Below, one piece after another: positions 39,634 to 49,805 of a stretch of DNA of 64,000 bases. The position numbers and the translations under genes were made by a program. Within the stretch, counting starts at the first letter, position 1; each line of letters begins with the position of its first letter. The DNA is from an uncultured delta proteobacterium (GTDB lineage: Bacteria > Desulfobacterota > Desulfobacteria > Desulfobacterales > QNYZ01), in the NCBI GenBank assembly GCA_963845145.1, contig CAWJQU010000002.1, forward strand, positions 384,001 through 448,000, in the 5' to 3' direction. The notes beneath the pieces were generated by a model. That model had not been told where the DNA came from. It saw nothing but the letters and a program-made list of their open reading frames with translations, and searched no databases.

Positions 39634-40551
39634 ATGATCGCCCTTTCGACTTCATTTGCTGCGGGACGATTCAATAATGGCGAGACCCTGCTGGCTGCCC
39701 TTGAGGGATTCGAGATAACCGGCATCGAGCTCGAATACCGCATCAACACGAAGGTTTTTCATCAAATGAAACCGTTGCTGTTGCGATCCCGGCTGCCTGT
39801 GGTCAGCATCCACAACTTTTTTCCTGTTCCGGGTATCATCAAATCGGGACAGGGCAGTGGCGACCACTTTCTTTTATCCCATCCGGACCGGGAGGAGCGC
39901 CTCAATGCGATCAAATGGACCCGGCGCACCATTGAGCATGCTAACGATCTTGAAGCGGGTGTGGTCGTTCTCCATTGCGGTAGGGTGGATATTGACCCCG
40001 GTATCGATCAAATACATGCCTACTACCAATCCGACCGAATCACGTCCGAAGAAGCCCTTAATTTTATTTCAAAAGCCAAAGAGCATCGGGATCGCCATAA
40101 ACCAAAATACATTGACAGCCTATTGTCCAGCCTTGACCGACTGCTGGGAGTGGCCGAACGATACCACGTGACCCTGGCCCTGGAGAATCGCTATCACTAC
40201 CACGAGCTTCCCGGTCCCAATGATTTTCCGGTAATATTCAACGAATTTGACGGTGCCCCGCTCGGATATTGGCACGACACCGGCCATGCCCATGTCAATG
40301 ACATCCTCTCCATGACCGAGGCCGATGCCCTGCTATCGAGGAACCTGGATCGACTGGTCGGGATTCACCTCCACGACGCTGTCGGCCTAACCGATCACCT
40401 CCCGCCCGGGACCGGTGATATTGATTTTTCAAAAATCATGAACCATTTAAGCCCCGACACCATCAAGGTCATTGAGCTTAAACCCGGCACACAAGATGCC
40501 GATATTGCTGGGGGCATCAAACACATCGCAGACCAACGAGAGTGTCATTAA
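39634..40551 (+). CDS. Sugar phosphate isomerase/epimerase (AP endonuclease 2 TIM barrel)
   Basis: SIHN, VVLHCG, LENR, WHDTGHA, IHLHD, DHLPPG, IEL. Confidence 0.85.
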   Translation: MIALSTSFAAGRFNNGETLLAALEGFEITGIELEYRINTKVFHQMKPLLLRSRLPVVSIHNFFPVPGIIKSGQGSGDHFLLSHPDREERLNAIKWTRRTIEHANDLEAGVVVLHCGRVDIDPGIDQIHAYYQSDRITSEEALNFISKAKEHRDRHKPKYIDSLLSSLDRLLGVAERYHVTLALENRYHYHELPGPNDFPVIFNEFDGAPLGYWHDTGHAHVNDILSMTEADALLSRNLDRLVGIHLHDAVGLTDHLPPGTGDIDFSKIMNHLSPDTIKVIELKPGTQDADIAGGIKHIADQRECH

Positions 40552-40614
40552 TATCAATTACGAACAAAAAGCGGTTACCACTGGCCAATCTGCCGCAGGC
40601 GGACCCATCGACCC

Positions 40615-41949
40615 ATGAAAAGCATACTGATTAAAAACGCTCAAATCGTCAATGAGGGAACCATCCAATCCGGCGACCTGTTCCTAAAAAACGGGCGCAT
40701 CGACCGGATCGATTCGGACATACCCAATGCAAACGCGGATGATGTCATTGATGCCGAGGGCAACATCATCATGCCGGGTATGATCGATGCCCATGTGCAC
40801 TTCCGCGAACCGGGGTTGACCCACAAGGCCGATATCGCTTCCGAATCCCGGGCAGCCGTGGCCGGCGGCATCACCAGTTACCTGGAAATGCCCAACACCA
40901 ACCCGCCCACCACGACCTTAGGCCGGGTTGAAGATAAATGTCACTTCGCCGCGCGCACATCTTTGGCCAACTATGGATTCTACCTGGGTGCCACCCAGGG
41001 CAATATTGACGAAATCAGGCGGATCGATCCTTTGTTGGTGGGGGGAATCAAGCTGTTTATGGGGGCGTCCACCGGAAATATGCTGGTGGATAAAAAAGAA
41101 GCGCTGAACACCATTTTTGCATCGGCCAAGATACCGGTCGCCGTTCACTGCGAAGATTCAACCATCATCAAACGAAATGAGGCCGATTTTCGGGCTCGCT
41201 ACGGTGAAGATGTGCCCATGCGGTATCATGCTTCCATTCGCAGCAACGACGCCTGCTACCAATCTACCGCCGAAGCCGTAGAGCTGGCCAATCGCCACGG
41301 GGCACGACTCCACGTGCTCCATCTCTCTACCCAAGAGGAACTGGCTCTGTTTTCCGATACACCGCTATCTGAAAAAACCATTACCGCTGAGGCATGCGTT
41401 CACCATCTCTTTTTCGACGACCGCGATTATGAGCGCAAGGGAACGCGTATCAAATGCAATCCGGCAATCAAGTCATCGCAGGATCACACGGCACTAATAG
41501 AAGCGGTCAAAACCAACCGGATTGACACCATTGGGACGGACCATGCCCCGCACACCCTGGCCGAAAAGAACAAGCCCTATTTCAAGGCGCCATCGGGGAT
41601 GCCCCTGGCCCAGCATGCCCTGGTATCATTGCTGGAAGGATACCATCGTGGAGACTTCACCTTGGAACTGATTGCCGAAAAAACGGCGCATGCCCCGGCC
41701 GAGCTTTTCCAAATCGAACACCGCGGATACATTCGGGAAGGGTATTGGGCCGATCTTGTGCTGGTAGACCTTCACCGCCCGTGGACGGTTACGGCTGACA
41801 ACCTATTGTCCAAATGTGGCTGGTCGCCCTTTGAAGGGCATCGGTTCGGCGCTACCATTCTGGCCACTATCGTCTCCGGCCATCTCGCTTGGCAAAAAGG
41901 CCAAATTAACGAAATAGAAAAAGGCCGGCGTCTGAGATTTGATCGATAA
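40615..41949 (+). CDS. pyrC: Dihydroorotase
   Basis: DAHVHFREPG, EMPNT, KLFMGASTG, KCNPAIK, TDHAPH. Confidence 0.92.
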   Translation: MKSILIKNAQIVNEGTIQSGDLFLKNGRIDRIDSDIPNANADDVIDAEGNIIMPGMIDAHVHFREPGLTHKADIASESRAAVAGGITSYLEMPNTNPPTTTLGRVEDKCHFAARTSLANYGFYLGATQGNIDEIRRIDPLLVGGIKLFMGASTGNMLVDKKEALNTIFASAKIPVAVHCEDSTIIKRNEADFRARYGEDVPMRYHASIRSNDACYQSTAEAVELANRHGARLHVLHLSTQEELALFSDTPLSEKTITAEACVHHLFFDDRDYERKGTRIKCNPAIKSSQDHTALIEAVKTNRIDTIGTDHAPHTLAEKNKPYFKAPSGMPLAQHALVSLLEGYHRGDFTLELIAEKTAHAPAELFQIEHRGYIREGYWADLVLVDLHRPWTVTADNLLSKCGWSPFEGHRFGATILATIVSGHLAWQKGQINEIEKGRRLRFDR

Positions 41950-41959
41950 TACAGATTCG

Positions 41960-42370
41960 TCAACCAACCCAGTTCTGTATCTTTAAACCAGGGACGCGTT
42001 GAAACTCCCTTTCATTGTTGGTAACAAGTATGAGCTTTTCCGCTTTTGCGTGTGCAGCGATCCATAAATCGTTATTGCCGATAGGTGTCCCCTTGGATTC
42101 CAGTGATGCGCGGATGGCTCCGTATGTTTCCCCCGTGTTTTCAGGAATTGCCAACACAGGAACAAAAGACTTGAACTCCGTAAGTAACTGCAACACTATT
42201 TTACGCTGCTTACTCTTTTCAGCACCATAGAGCAGTTCCCCCCATGTAACAACGGATATCGCTGCATCACCAGGCTTGAGCCTTCTAAAACGCGTTAATA
42301 CTTTTTCAGGCCTTTCACGTTGGATGTATATACATATATTGGTATCCAACATATATCGTGGCGTTATCAC
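41960..42370 (-). CDS. vapC: VapC PIN-domain toxin
   Basis: MLDTNICI, ELLYGA, IGNNDLWIAAHA, LVTNNEREF. Confidence 0.94.
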   Translation of the reverse strand: MITPRYMLDTNICIYIQRERPEKVLTRFRRLKPGDAAISVVTWGELLYGAEKSKQRKIVLQLLTEFKSFVPVLAIPENTGETYGAIRASLESKGTPIGNNDLWIAAHAKAEKLILVTNNEREFQRVPGLKIQNWVG

Positions 42371-42597
42371 AAGCCCTCACGATTTTGTGGGGCTAAATCC
42401 TCACGGCCCCCGGCAAAGAAATCATCGGGTAGCTCGGTCAACAATTCAAATGCCCGAACCAGCCCCTCAGTTGTTTCCCGAAGCACAATTTCGTCTCCAC
42501 GCCGAAAAATCTCAAGTACTTTGCTGTTAACTGAGAATTCTTTTGGCAACCTTACAGCTTGACTATTTCCTGATTTGAATACTCGGGTGGTTGTCAC
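42367..42597 (-). CDS. vapB: VapB antitoxin (AbrB-type)
   Basis: VFKSGNSQAVRLPKEF; overlaps vapC start; GGAGGAGG RBS. Confidence 0.93.
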   Translation of the reverse strand: MTTTRVFKSGNSQAVRLPKEFSVNSKVLEIFRRGDEIVLRETTEGLVRAFELLTELPDDFFAGGREDLAPQNREGL

Positions 42598-42663
42598 AGC
42601 AGCCTCCTCCCTAAAACCAAGGGATAAACCCCCTTACCGGATCATAAACACCATACCCCCAAT

Positions 42664-42687
42664 TGTGTATACTTGTTAGTATATACA
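42664..42687. promoter_or_regulatory. Putative VapBC autorepression operator
   Basis: TGTGTATACT-tgtt-AGTATATACA (9/10 inverted repeat) upstream of vapB. Confidence 0.6.
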
Positions 42688-42702
42688 TGCGATCGAAAGA
42701 TG

Positions 42703-43194
42703 TCAATATTGCTGAACCTCATCAAATTTATAATCAATTGCGACCTGAGCAGTGGCAAACATCCGTTCCGATTCCGCTCCGGCGTGGTACTTTCGCTCGC
42801 AGACGACTCGTTTGATCCCGCAGTTGATAATAAGCATGGCGCAAGTCCGGCAGGGGGTCATTCGGGTATAGAGGGTTGCGCCGGCGATTGAGATACCCTG
42901 CTTGGCCGCCTGGCAAATGGCATTCTGTTCGGCATGGATCGTGCGCATGCAATGGTTGGTCGTTGTCCCATCTTCGTGGGTGATCTGTTTCATCTGGTGA
43001 CCCACTTCATCGCAATGGGGAAACCCTGCGGGTGAGCCCACATAACCCGACACCAAAAGCTGCCGGTCACGGACGATCACGCATCCGCTTTTACCCCGGT
43101 CGCAGGTTGCGCGAGTCGAAACCGTATTGGCCATTTCCAGAAAGTACTCATCCCACGAAGGACGCCCATCGTTTTCTTGGCTTTCAATTTCCAC
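42703..43194 (-). CDS. dCMP/cytidine deaminase (ComEB-like)
   Basis: RPSWDEYF, RATC, HAEQNA, PCRTC; start set at GTG after GGAGG. Confidence 0.9.
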   Translation of the reverse strand: MEIESQENDGRPSWDEYFLEMANTVSTRATCDRGKSGCVIVRDRQLLVSGYVGSPAGFPHCDEVGHQMKQITHEDGTTTNHCMRTIHAEQNAICQAAKQGISIAGATLYTRMTPCRTCAMLIINCGIKRVVCERKYHAGAESERMFATAQVAIDYKFDEVQQY

Positions 43195-43221
43195 CGTTAC
43201 CTCCAGATCCTTTTGCAAATT

Positions 43222-45267
43222 TTATTCTCTTTCTTTATTCAATACAAATCCCGTTCGGCTGGGCAGATACAACCGAAGGCAATGCTGACTGTGGTTGTTA
43301 TGCTCAATAATCAGCGTTTGGTGCAATTGTTTGGGAACCAATCGTTGATGCCCGCCATATCGGGCATCATCCGTATCGAGCAGCAACCGATATTGACCGG
43401 CAGCAATATCGACCGGATAATCGGCAAACGATTTTTCCGGGTGGAAGTTAAACCCGAATAAAAAGTCTCCCCGCTTAAATATTAAAATTTGGTCGGCTCG
43501 GTGATCGACTCGTAATTCCGTCTGCAAGGATTCAAGCCAGCCGTATCGACGGGCCAGGGTAATCATCGCCCGATCGAAATCAGCCAGCTGTTGATATTTC
43601 AACTGGGGATCATCGGCCAGATGCCACTGCCGCCGGGAATAATGAAAAGACCAGGCGTTGCCTTCACGGGGAAAATCGATCCATTCCGGATGCCCGAACT
43701 CGTTGCCCATGAAATTCAGATAACCGTTACCGGCCGTAGCCAACGTGATCAGCCGAATCATCTTATGCAGGGCTGTGGCCCGATCGATGTTTAAGTGCCG
43801 ATCCTCAACATGCATGTGCCCATACATGTCGACACCCCCCAGTCGAAACATGAGGGTTTGATCCCCCACCAGGGCCTGATCGTGGGATTCGGCGTAGCTG
43901 ATGGTTTTTTCTTCAGCCCGGCGCTGCGTCAGCTCATGCCACAACTCACCCACAGACCATTCTTCATCCTTTTTTTCCTTGACCAACCGAATCCAATAAT
44001 CCGGTATTCCCATGGCAAAACGGTAATCGAACCCGATACCGCCGTCGATTTGCGACACAACCAGACCAGGCATCCCGCTGACATCCTCGGCGATGGTAAT
44101 CGCCTTCGGTTTGATATGGTGAATCAACTCATTGGCTAGCGTCAGGTAGGTCAGGGCATCTTCATCCACCTGATCGTTGAAGTAGTCGTCATAAGAAGTA
44201 AAGACTTTTTCCAGGCCATGATCCAGGTAGAGCATACTGGTAATCCCATCGAACCGAAAGCCATCGATGTTGTATTCGTCGAGCCAGTATCGGCAATTGG
44301 AAAGCAAAAAATGGATCACCTCAGGCTTGGCATAGTCAAAACAACGGGAGTTCCAGGCGGAATGGGTGCCGCGGGCTCCGCTATGAAAGTACTGATATCC
44401 GGTGCCGTCGAACCGGCTTAATCCCTCGACTTCATTGGCTACGGCATGGGAGTGGACAATATCCATAATGACCGTCAGGCCAGCCCCATGGGCGGCATCG
44501 ATCAAAGCCTTTAAATCTTCGGGGGCACCGAAGCGTGAAGACGGGGCAAAAAAGCTGGAAACCTGATACCCGAAGGAGGCATAGTAGGGGTGTTCCTGAA
44601 TCGCCATAAGCTGCAAGGTGTTGTACCCCGAGCGGACCACGCGGGGTAAGACTTTTTCAGTAAATTCGGCAAAGCTGCCGACTTTTCCTTCTTCCTGGGC
44701 CATACCGATATGAACTTCATATATAAAGGGCGCTTCACCGGCGGGCGTAAAGTCAGTCTGCCGCCACTGGTAGGGCTCCGGCGGTTGCCAGACCTGGGCG
44801 TTGAAAATATTCGTATGTGGATCCTGGACGACACGCCGGGCCCAGGCGGGAATACGGTCACCGCCACCTCCCGGCCAATGGAGCCGCAGCCGATAGAGAT
44901 CTCCGTGAGACATCGTTTCAACCGGCAAACGAATTTCCCATTGTCCCGCCTCATCCGCCGTTGGGTTGATTCGGTTGAGGGCAAAGGCCTCTTTTTCCTG
45001 CCAGCCGGTCATTTCCCCAATTAGGTAAACAGACGTGGCGTAGGGTGCCCACTCCCTAAAGATCCATTGATCCTTATGTAAATGTAGGCCGAAGTAGTCA
45101 TGGCCAACGGCAAAATCGACCAGATTCGAGTTTCCATTTGTCAGACGCTGTCTGGTTTGGCGCACGTTAGCCTCACGACGCGCCAGTACGGATCCATAAG
45201 GTTCCAGCCAGGGATCTTTTTCGATCAATCGTTGAAAGGCCGGAGAAGATGAAGCCATGGCGGTCAC
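43222..45267 (-). CDS. glgB: 1,4-alpha-glucan branching enzyme, GH13_8 type
   Basis: FREWAP, GFRFDGITSMLY, IAEDVSGMP, YAESHDQALVGD, NFMGNEFGHPEWIDFPR. Confidence 0.93.
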   Translation of the reverse strand: MTAMASSSPAFQRLIEKDPWLEPYGSVLARREANVRQTRQRLTNGNSNLVDFAVGHDYFGLHLHKDQWIFREWAPYATSVYLIGEMTGWQEKEAFALNRINPTADEAGQWEIRLPVETMSHGDLYRLRLHWPGGGGDRIPAWARRVVQDPHTNIFNAQVWQPPEPYQWRQTDFTPAGEAPFIYEVHIGMAQEEGKVGSFAEFTEKVLPRVVRSGYNTLQLMAIQEHPYYASFGYQVSSFFAPSSRFGAPEDLKALIDAAHGAGLTVIMDIVHSHAVANEVEGLSRFDGTGYQYFHSGARGTHSAWNSRCFDYAKPEVIHFLLSNCRYWLDEYNIDGFRFDGITSMLYLDHGLEKVFTSYDDYFNDQVDEDALTYLTLANELIHHIKPKAITIAEDVSGMPGLVVSQIDGGIGFDYRFAMGIPDYWIRLVKEKKDEEWSVGELWHELTQRRAEEKTISYAESHDQALVGDQTLMFRLGGVDMYGHMHVEDRHLNIDRATALHKMIRLITLATAGNGYLNFMGNEFGHPEWIDFPREGNAWSFHYSRRQWHLADDPQLKYQQLADFDRAMITLARRYGWLESLQTELRVDHRADQILIFKRGDFLFGFNFHPEKSFADYPVDIAAGQYRLLLDTDDARYGGHQRLVPKQLHQTLIIEHNNHSQHCLRLYLPSRTGFVLNKERE

Positions 45268-46800
45268 TTAAACGACAGGTGGTCTTGGAATCAACGGACG
45301 TTGAAGCATCTTTTCATATAGCTCAATATATCGGCGGGCGGTAACGTCGTGGGTAAATGAGGCGGCACTATTTTTCATGATCCGCTCAATTTGGCTACGT
45401 TTAACGGCATCGGGCTGCCCGTAAAAAGCCATGGCCTCTTCAATGGCCCAGAAAAGCCCGCGGGCATCGTACACGTCAAAGACAAACCCGTTGCCGCTAT
45501 CCGTATCAAGATTAAGGTGGACAATCGTATCCTGAATACCGCCGGTGTTATGGGCCACGGGAAGGGAACCGTAAATAGGCGCGATCATCTGGGGTAGTCC
45601 ACAAGGCTCAAATCGCGAGGGCATGAGTATAAAGTCGGAGGCGGCATATCCCTGGTGTTCCAGTTGTTCATCAAAATGACAGACAGCCACACGATCATGA
45701 AAACCATGCCGGGCCACGATATCACGAAAAACCTGCTGATAATCACCATTGGCCACGAAGACGATTTGTAGATTTTGTTGCCACCAGGTGGAGATAACCC
45801 CATATAAGATATCGGCCAGTAGCTGGCATCCTTTTTGAACCGGGTCCAGGCGTGACGGCCAGAAAAAAAGCGGGGCGCCTTCATTTTCAATCAGGCCGAG
45901 ATGTTTTTGGAACGCGCGTTTATTTTGTTTTTTTCCTTTCGTGTGGGTTGCCGCCGTGAAGCGGGCTGTCACGTAAGGGTCCGTGGCCGGATCAAAGGCC
46001 GGGTCCGGTGCATTCAAAATGCCCACGGCGCATCCCGCATCCACTTTGTGGGTCAACTCCTCCCTTAGGGGGGCTTCGACAAATTCATGCCGTCCCTCGA
46101 TAATTTCGTTTAAAAAGGTCGAGCTGACCGTATTGACGAAATGGGCGCCGAACACACCGCTGACCAGGAAATCCACCGGATTGGTGGCACGCGTCGACTC
46201 ATAATCCTCAGCCATCTGTTTATAATACAAATGATGCCAGAAATAGGCCGCATCGATACCCCGGTCTTCGATATGATCCAGCGTGTCGTGGACCGTATGA
46301 ATATTGTGAATGGTAAAAAGGCAGGGAATTCCCATTTGGCGCGACATGGCCGGTATCAAGCCTGTCATCCAGTCATTGCAATGGATCAAATCGGGGCGCA
46401 CCCGGGGCAAAATATTGTTGATCACTTCCCTTTGAAAGGTCACCGACAGCAGCGTATTTTCATTGCCATAGTTCGAATAGACCCGGTTCAGATAGTAAAA
46501 GGCCCGATCCTGGGCCAAATGCACCCGGTCGTCCGGCATCATTTGGCGAATCACATTTTGCTCTTTCTCGAGAAACGGTGCCAGGCGGCCTTTAAAGATC
46601 TCGCGATAATCGGGCAGCGCCACATGCACATCGGCCCCTTGATCGGAAAGGGCCTTGACCAAGGCTGCAGACACATCGGCCAATCCCCCACCTTTGGCCG
46701 TCAGATAGTTGGCGATACTTCCCATGCGATCCGGCAGGTAGGTCACTTCCGGTGTAACGATCAAAATCCGCGGTGATGTGCTTTTTTTGCTCATTGGCAT
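45268..46800 (-). CDS. glgA: Glycogen synthase (GT5)
   Basis: KGGGLADV, HCNDW, TIHN, MPSRFEPCGL, TGG. Confidence 0.92.
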   Translation of the reverse strand: MPMSKKSTSPRILIVTPEVTYLPDRMGSIANYLTAKGGGLADVSAALVKALSDQGADVHVALPDYREIFKGRLAPFLEKEQNVIRQMMPDDRVHLAQDRAFYYLNRVYSNYGNENTLLSVTFQREVINNILPRVRPDLIHCNDWMTGLIPAMSRQMGIPCLFTIHNIHTVHDTLDHIEDRGIDAAYFWHHLYYKQMAEDYESTRATNPVDFLVSGVFGAHFVNTVSSTFLNEIIEGRHEFVEAPLREELTHKVDAGCAVGILNAPDPAFDPATDPYVTARFTAATHTKGKKQNKRAFQKHLGLIENEGAPLFFWPSRLDPVQKGCQLLADILYGVISTWWQQNLQIVFVANGDYQQVFRDIVARHGFHDRVAVCHFDEQLEHQGYAASDFILMPSRFEPCGLPQMIAPIYGSLPVAHNTGGIQDTIVHLNLDTDSGNGFVFDVYDARGLFWAIEEAMAFYGQPDAVKRSQIERIMKNSAASFTHDVTARRYIELYEKMLQRPLIPRPPVV

Positions 46801-46811
46801 TGGCCTGTACG

Positions 46812-49373
46812 TCAGCTGGTTTTCGCCCAGGTGATCAGCCCCGGCATATGTTTGATCCAGTCATCGCCCCTGGGAATGATGCGGGCGGTAAACCCAAACC
46901 GGCCGGAGGCGGGACAGGTAACGGTTGATCCATAAACATAATCGCCGTTTTCAAGATCCTCGACAACATGCATCACTTCTACCTGGCTGGTTGACACCGT
47001 ATCCAACGATTTAAGGTTTCCGTAATACAGCTCAACGTCCACTTCATCGGGACGCAAGTCGGTCAAGTGAACCCGGGCGGTCAAATCGAATGTATCGCCC
47101 ACCCGAAAATTTTTCTTTTTACCACGAACAGGTTGTTCAATTCGGATACCTGGCCAGCGTTCTTTAAGGCGGCAGGCCTGTTCTGACAACAATCGTGCCC
47201 GGGCAAGATTTTCGACACACAACTGGTTCGCATTATCGGCGGCCGGGTGGTAAAAGCGGGTGTTATATTCCGTTGCCATGCGTGTGCTGCAATAGTCCAG
47301 CATGCCCATTTTAATGGAAGCCTTCATCATCTTAACCCAATTATGGGGCGAAGTCCCGTTTGTACGATTGTAAAAAGTTGGAATAACCTCGTTTTCCAGA
47401 ACATTATAAAGGGCCTGGGCGTCGATTGTATCCTGGTAGGCCCAGTCGCCGGTATTGCCCTCGCCGTTACCGATGGCCCATCCCACGTCCGGTGTATATG
47501 CTTCCGCCCACCAACCATCTAAAATACTGACATTTAAGCAACCGTTGATGGCGGCCTTCATTCCCGATGTTCCGCAAGCTTCCTCCGGTCGACGGGGGGT
47601 GTTCAGCCAGACATCCGCTCCCTGGGTCAGATGCCGGGCCAGATGCATGTCGTAATCCTCTAGAAACACCACTTTTCCCCGAACCGCCGGTCGGCGGCTG
47701 AATTCAATGATTTCACGAATCAATGCCTTGCCTTCATCGTCTCTTGGATGCGCTTTACCGGCAAAAATGATTTGGACGGGGTGTTTTTCATTGGTTAAAA
47801 TAGTTTCCAGTCGTTCGGGGTCATGGAGCAATAAATTGGCCCGTTTATAGGTCGCAAACCGGCGGGCAAAACCGATGGTAAGAACGCCCTCCTCCAGAAT
47901 GGAAGCCGCTTCGGTCATCACATTTGCGGGTTCATTGCGCTGGTTGCATTGCTTGATCGCCTGTTCACGGCAGGTGGCGATCAGACGCGCACGATTCATT
48001 TCGTGGGCCCGCCAGAGCTCTTCGTCAAAGATATCATCGATCCGGTCCACATTTTGCCGATCCTGGCAACGAATATGCCACTGTGGGTCCACATACCGCT
48101 TGAAAAGCAACGAATGCTCCGGTGAAATCCAGCTGGCCGAGTGGACGCCGTTGGTCACATGGCTGATGGGAATTTCGTCTTCGGGACGTTCCGGCCACAA
48201 GTGGCACCACATCCGACGGGCGACAGCACCGTGCAACCGGCTCACCCCGTTGCAAAATTGTGCCATACGAGCACCCAAAATAAACATGGACACCGGTGCT
48301 TCCGGATTGGTACCCGGCGGCTGGCCCCAAGATAGGATCTCTTCCTCGGACGCGCCCAAAGCTTCCTTGAAAGGCTCGATCACGGGTTTGACCATGTTCA
48401 CCGGAAATACGTCGTGACCGGCAGGGACTGGTGTATGGGTGGTAAAAATGGTTGTTCGGGGGATGATTTCAATCGCCGTTTTTAGGTCGGTACCATGGGT
48501 TCGCATGAAGAGGGCCAGGCGCTCCAGACTTGAAAACGCCGAATGTCCCTCATTTAAATGGCACACTTTTGGATACAGTCCCAAGGCCTCAAGCATGCGC
48601 ATGCCGCCGATCCCCAATAAAGCCTCCTGGGCCAGCCGGGTCTGAAGATCACCGGCATACAGGTTTGCCGTTACCTGGCGGGTTTCAGGTGAATTTTCCT
48701 GCAAGTTCGTGTCGAGCAGGTAAAGAGCGACACGCCCTACCTTGATTCGCCAGACGGCCGCATGGATGACACCCTCTGGCCCATCCACGGATATATTGAG
48801 ACCGAGACCATTTTCGTCCCTAATTCTTTTTAGAGGCAAATTGTATAAATCGGTTTCAGGATAGGTCTCCTGCTGCCAGCCATTTTCATCTAAAAACTGG
48901 CGAAAATACCCCTGGCGGTATAGCAACCCCACGCCTGTCAGCGGCAGCCCGAGATTGGAGGCCGCTTTTAAGTGATCGCCGGCCAAGACACCCAATCCTC
49001 CGGCAAACAGGCGAACACTTTCATGAAGACCGAACTCCATGGAAGAATAGGCAATGGTATCCATCGGCTGAAAGGGATGATCAATCGGGGGCCGAACCCG
49101 GGCAACGCCTTTGGCAAACTCTTCTCTGACACTATCCATATGCGAAACAAAACTGTCGTCCTCGGCCAGTTTTTCCAAATGATCCTGGGGAACCTTGGTT
49201 AAAAACAGGAGCGGATTACGATCCATTTTTTCCCACAAAGCGGGCGCAATCCGGCGAAAAAGTTCTTTTGCCTGGGGCTTCCAGCACCACCACATGTTAC
49301 GCGATAATGTTTCCAGAAATATCAGACGTTCGGGTATTTTGGGAAATACGCGAAAAGTTTGAAATTGTTTCAT
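46812..49373 (-). CDS. glgP: Alpha-glucan phosphorylase
   Basis: MEFGL, GGLGVLAGD, HLNEGH, ARRFATYKR, EACGTSGMKA. Confidence 0.95.
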   Translation of the reverse strand: MKQFQTFRVFPKIPERLIFLETLSRNMWWCWKPQAKELFRRIAPALWEKMDRNPLLFLTKVPQDHLEKLAEDDSFVSHMDSVREEFAKGVARVRPPIDHPFQPMDTIAYSSMEFGLHESVRLFAGGLGVLAGDHLKAASNLGLPLTGVGLLYRQGYFRQFLDENGWQQETYPETDLYNLPLKRIRDENGLGLNISVDGPEGVIHAAVWRIKVGRVALYLLDTNLQENSPETRQVTANLYAGDLQTRLAQEALLGIGGMRMLEALGLYPKVCHLNEGHSAFSSLERLALFMRTHGTDLKTAIEIIPRTTIFTTHTPVPAGHDVFPVNMVKPVIEPFKEALGASEEEILSWGQPPGTNPEAPVSMFILGARMAQFCNGVSRLHGAVARRMWCHLWPERPEDEIPISHVTNGVHSASWISPEHSLLFKRYVDPQWHIRCQDRQNVDRIDDIFDEELWRAHEMNRARLIATCREQAIKQCNQRNEPANVMTEAASILEEGVLTIGFARRFATYKRANLLLHDPERLETILTNEKHPVQIIFAGKAHPRDDEGKALIREIIEFSRRPAVRGKVVFLEDYDMHLARHLTQGADVWLNTPRRPEEACGTSGMKAAINGCLNVSILDGWWAEAYTPDVGWAIGNGEGNTGDWAYQDTIDAQALYNVLENEVIPTFYNRTNGTSPHNWVKMMKASIKMGMLDYCSTRMATEYNTRFYHPAADNANQLCVENLARARLLSEQACRLKERWPGIRIEQPVRGKKKNFRVGDTFDLTARVHLTDLRPDEVDVELYYGNLKSLDTVSTSQVEVMHVVEDLENGDYVYGSTVTCPASGRFGFTARIIPRGDDWIKHMPGLITWAKTS

Positions 49374-49392
49374 TTATTCCTTTTTCGACGGG

Positions 49393-49701
49393 CTAAATAG
49401 CGACGACCGAGTTATCGCAATCACCAAAAGGTGTCGGTATGTAAGCATCGGCCTTGTCATCATTTTCCCAGCGTACCTGATCGATCAAATATCGGAATTG
49501 ATATTCACGACCCGTTTCAAGGTCCAGAGTCAAGGTAAAGTCACCGCTTTTTAACCGTTTCATGGGTGTCGCCAAAATGTTCCACTGGTTGAACTCACCT
49601 ACCAGGTGAACATGGTCCGCCGATTGAACCAATTTTTTGGTCATTCGAAAAGTGACTTTACACACCGGTTTCGATTTTAAATATTGCTTCTTCAATGCCA
49701 T
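49393..49701 (-). CDS. Stand-alone CBM48 / isoamylase early-set domain protein
   Basis: CKVTF, LVGEFNQW, YQFRYLID, WEND, NSVV. Confidence 0.88.
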   Translation of the reverse strand: MALKKQYLKSKPVCKVTFRMTKKLVQSADHVHLVGEFNQWNILATPMKRLKSGDFTLTLDLETGREYQFRYLIDQVRWENDDKADAYIPTPFGDCDNSVVAI

Positions 49702-49805
49702 GACGTCCCGCCTTTCAGTGTCGGTTTATTCTCGAATATCAGATATCTATCGATTATTTCCGGCTGGACTAAAATGGGTTTATCCTATTTTACGAATCGT
49801 GTAAA

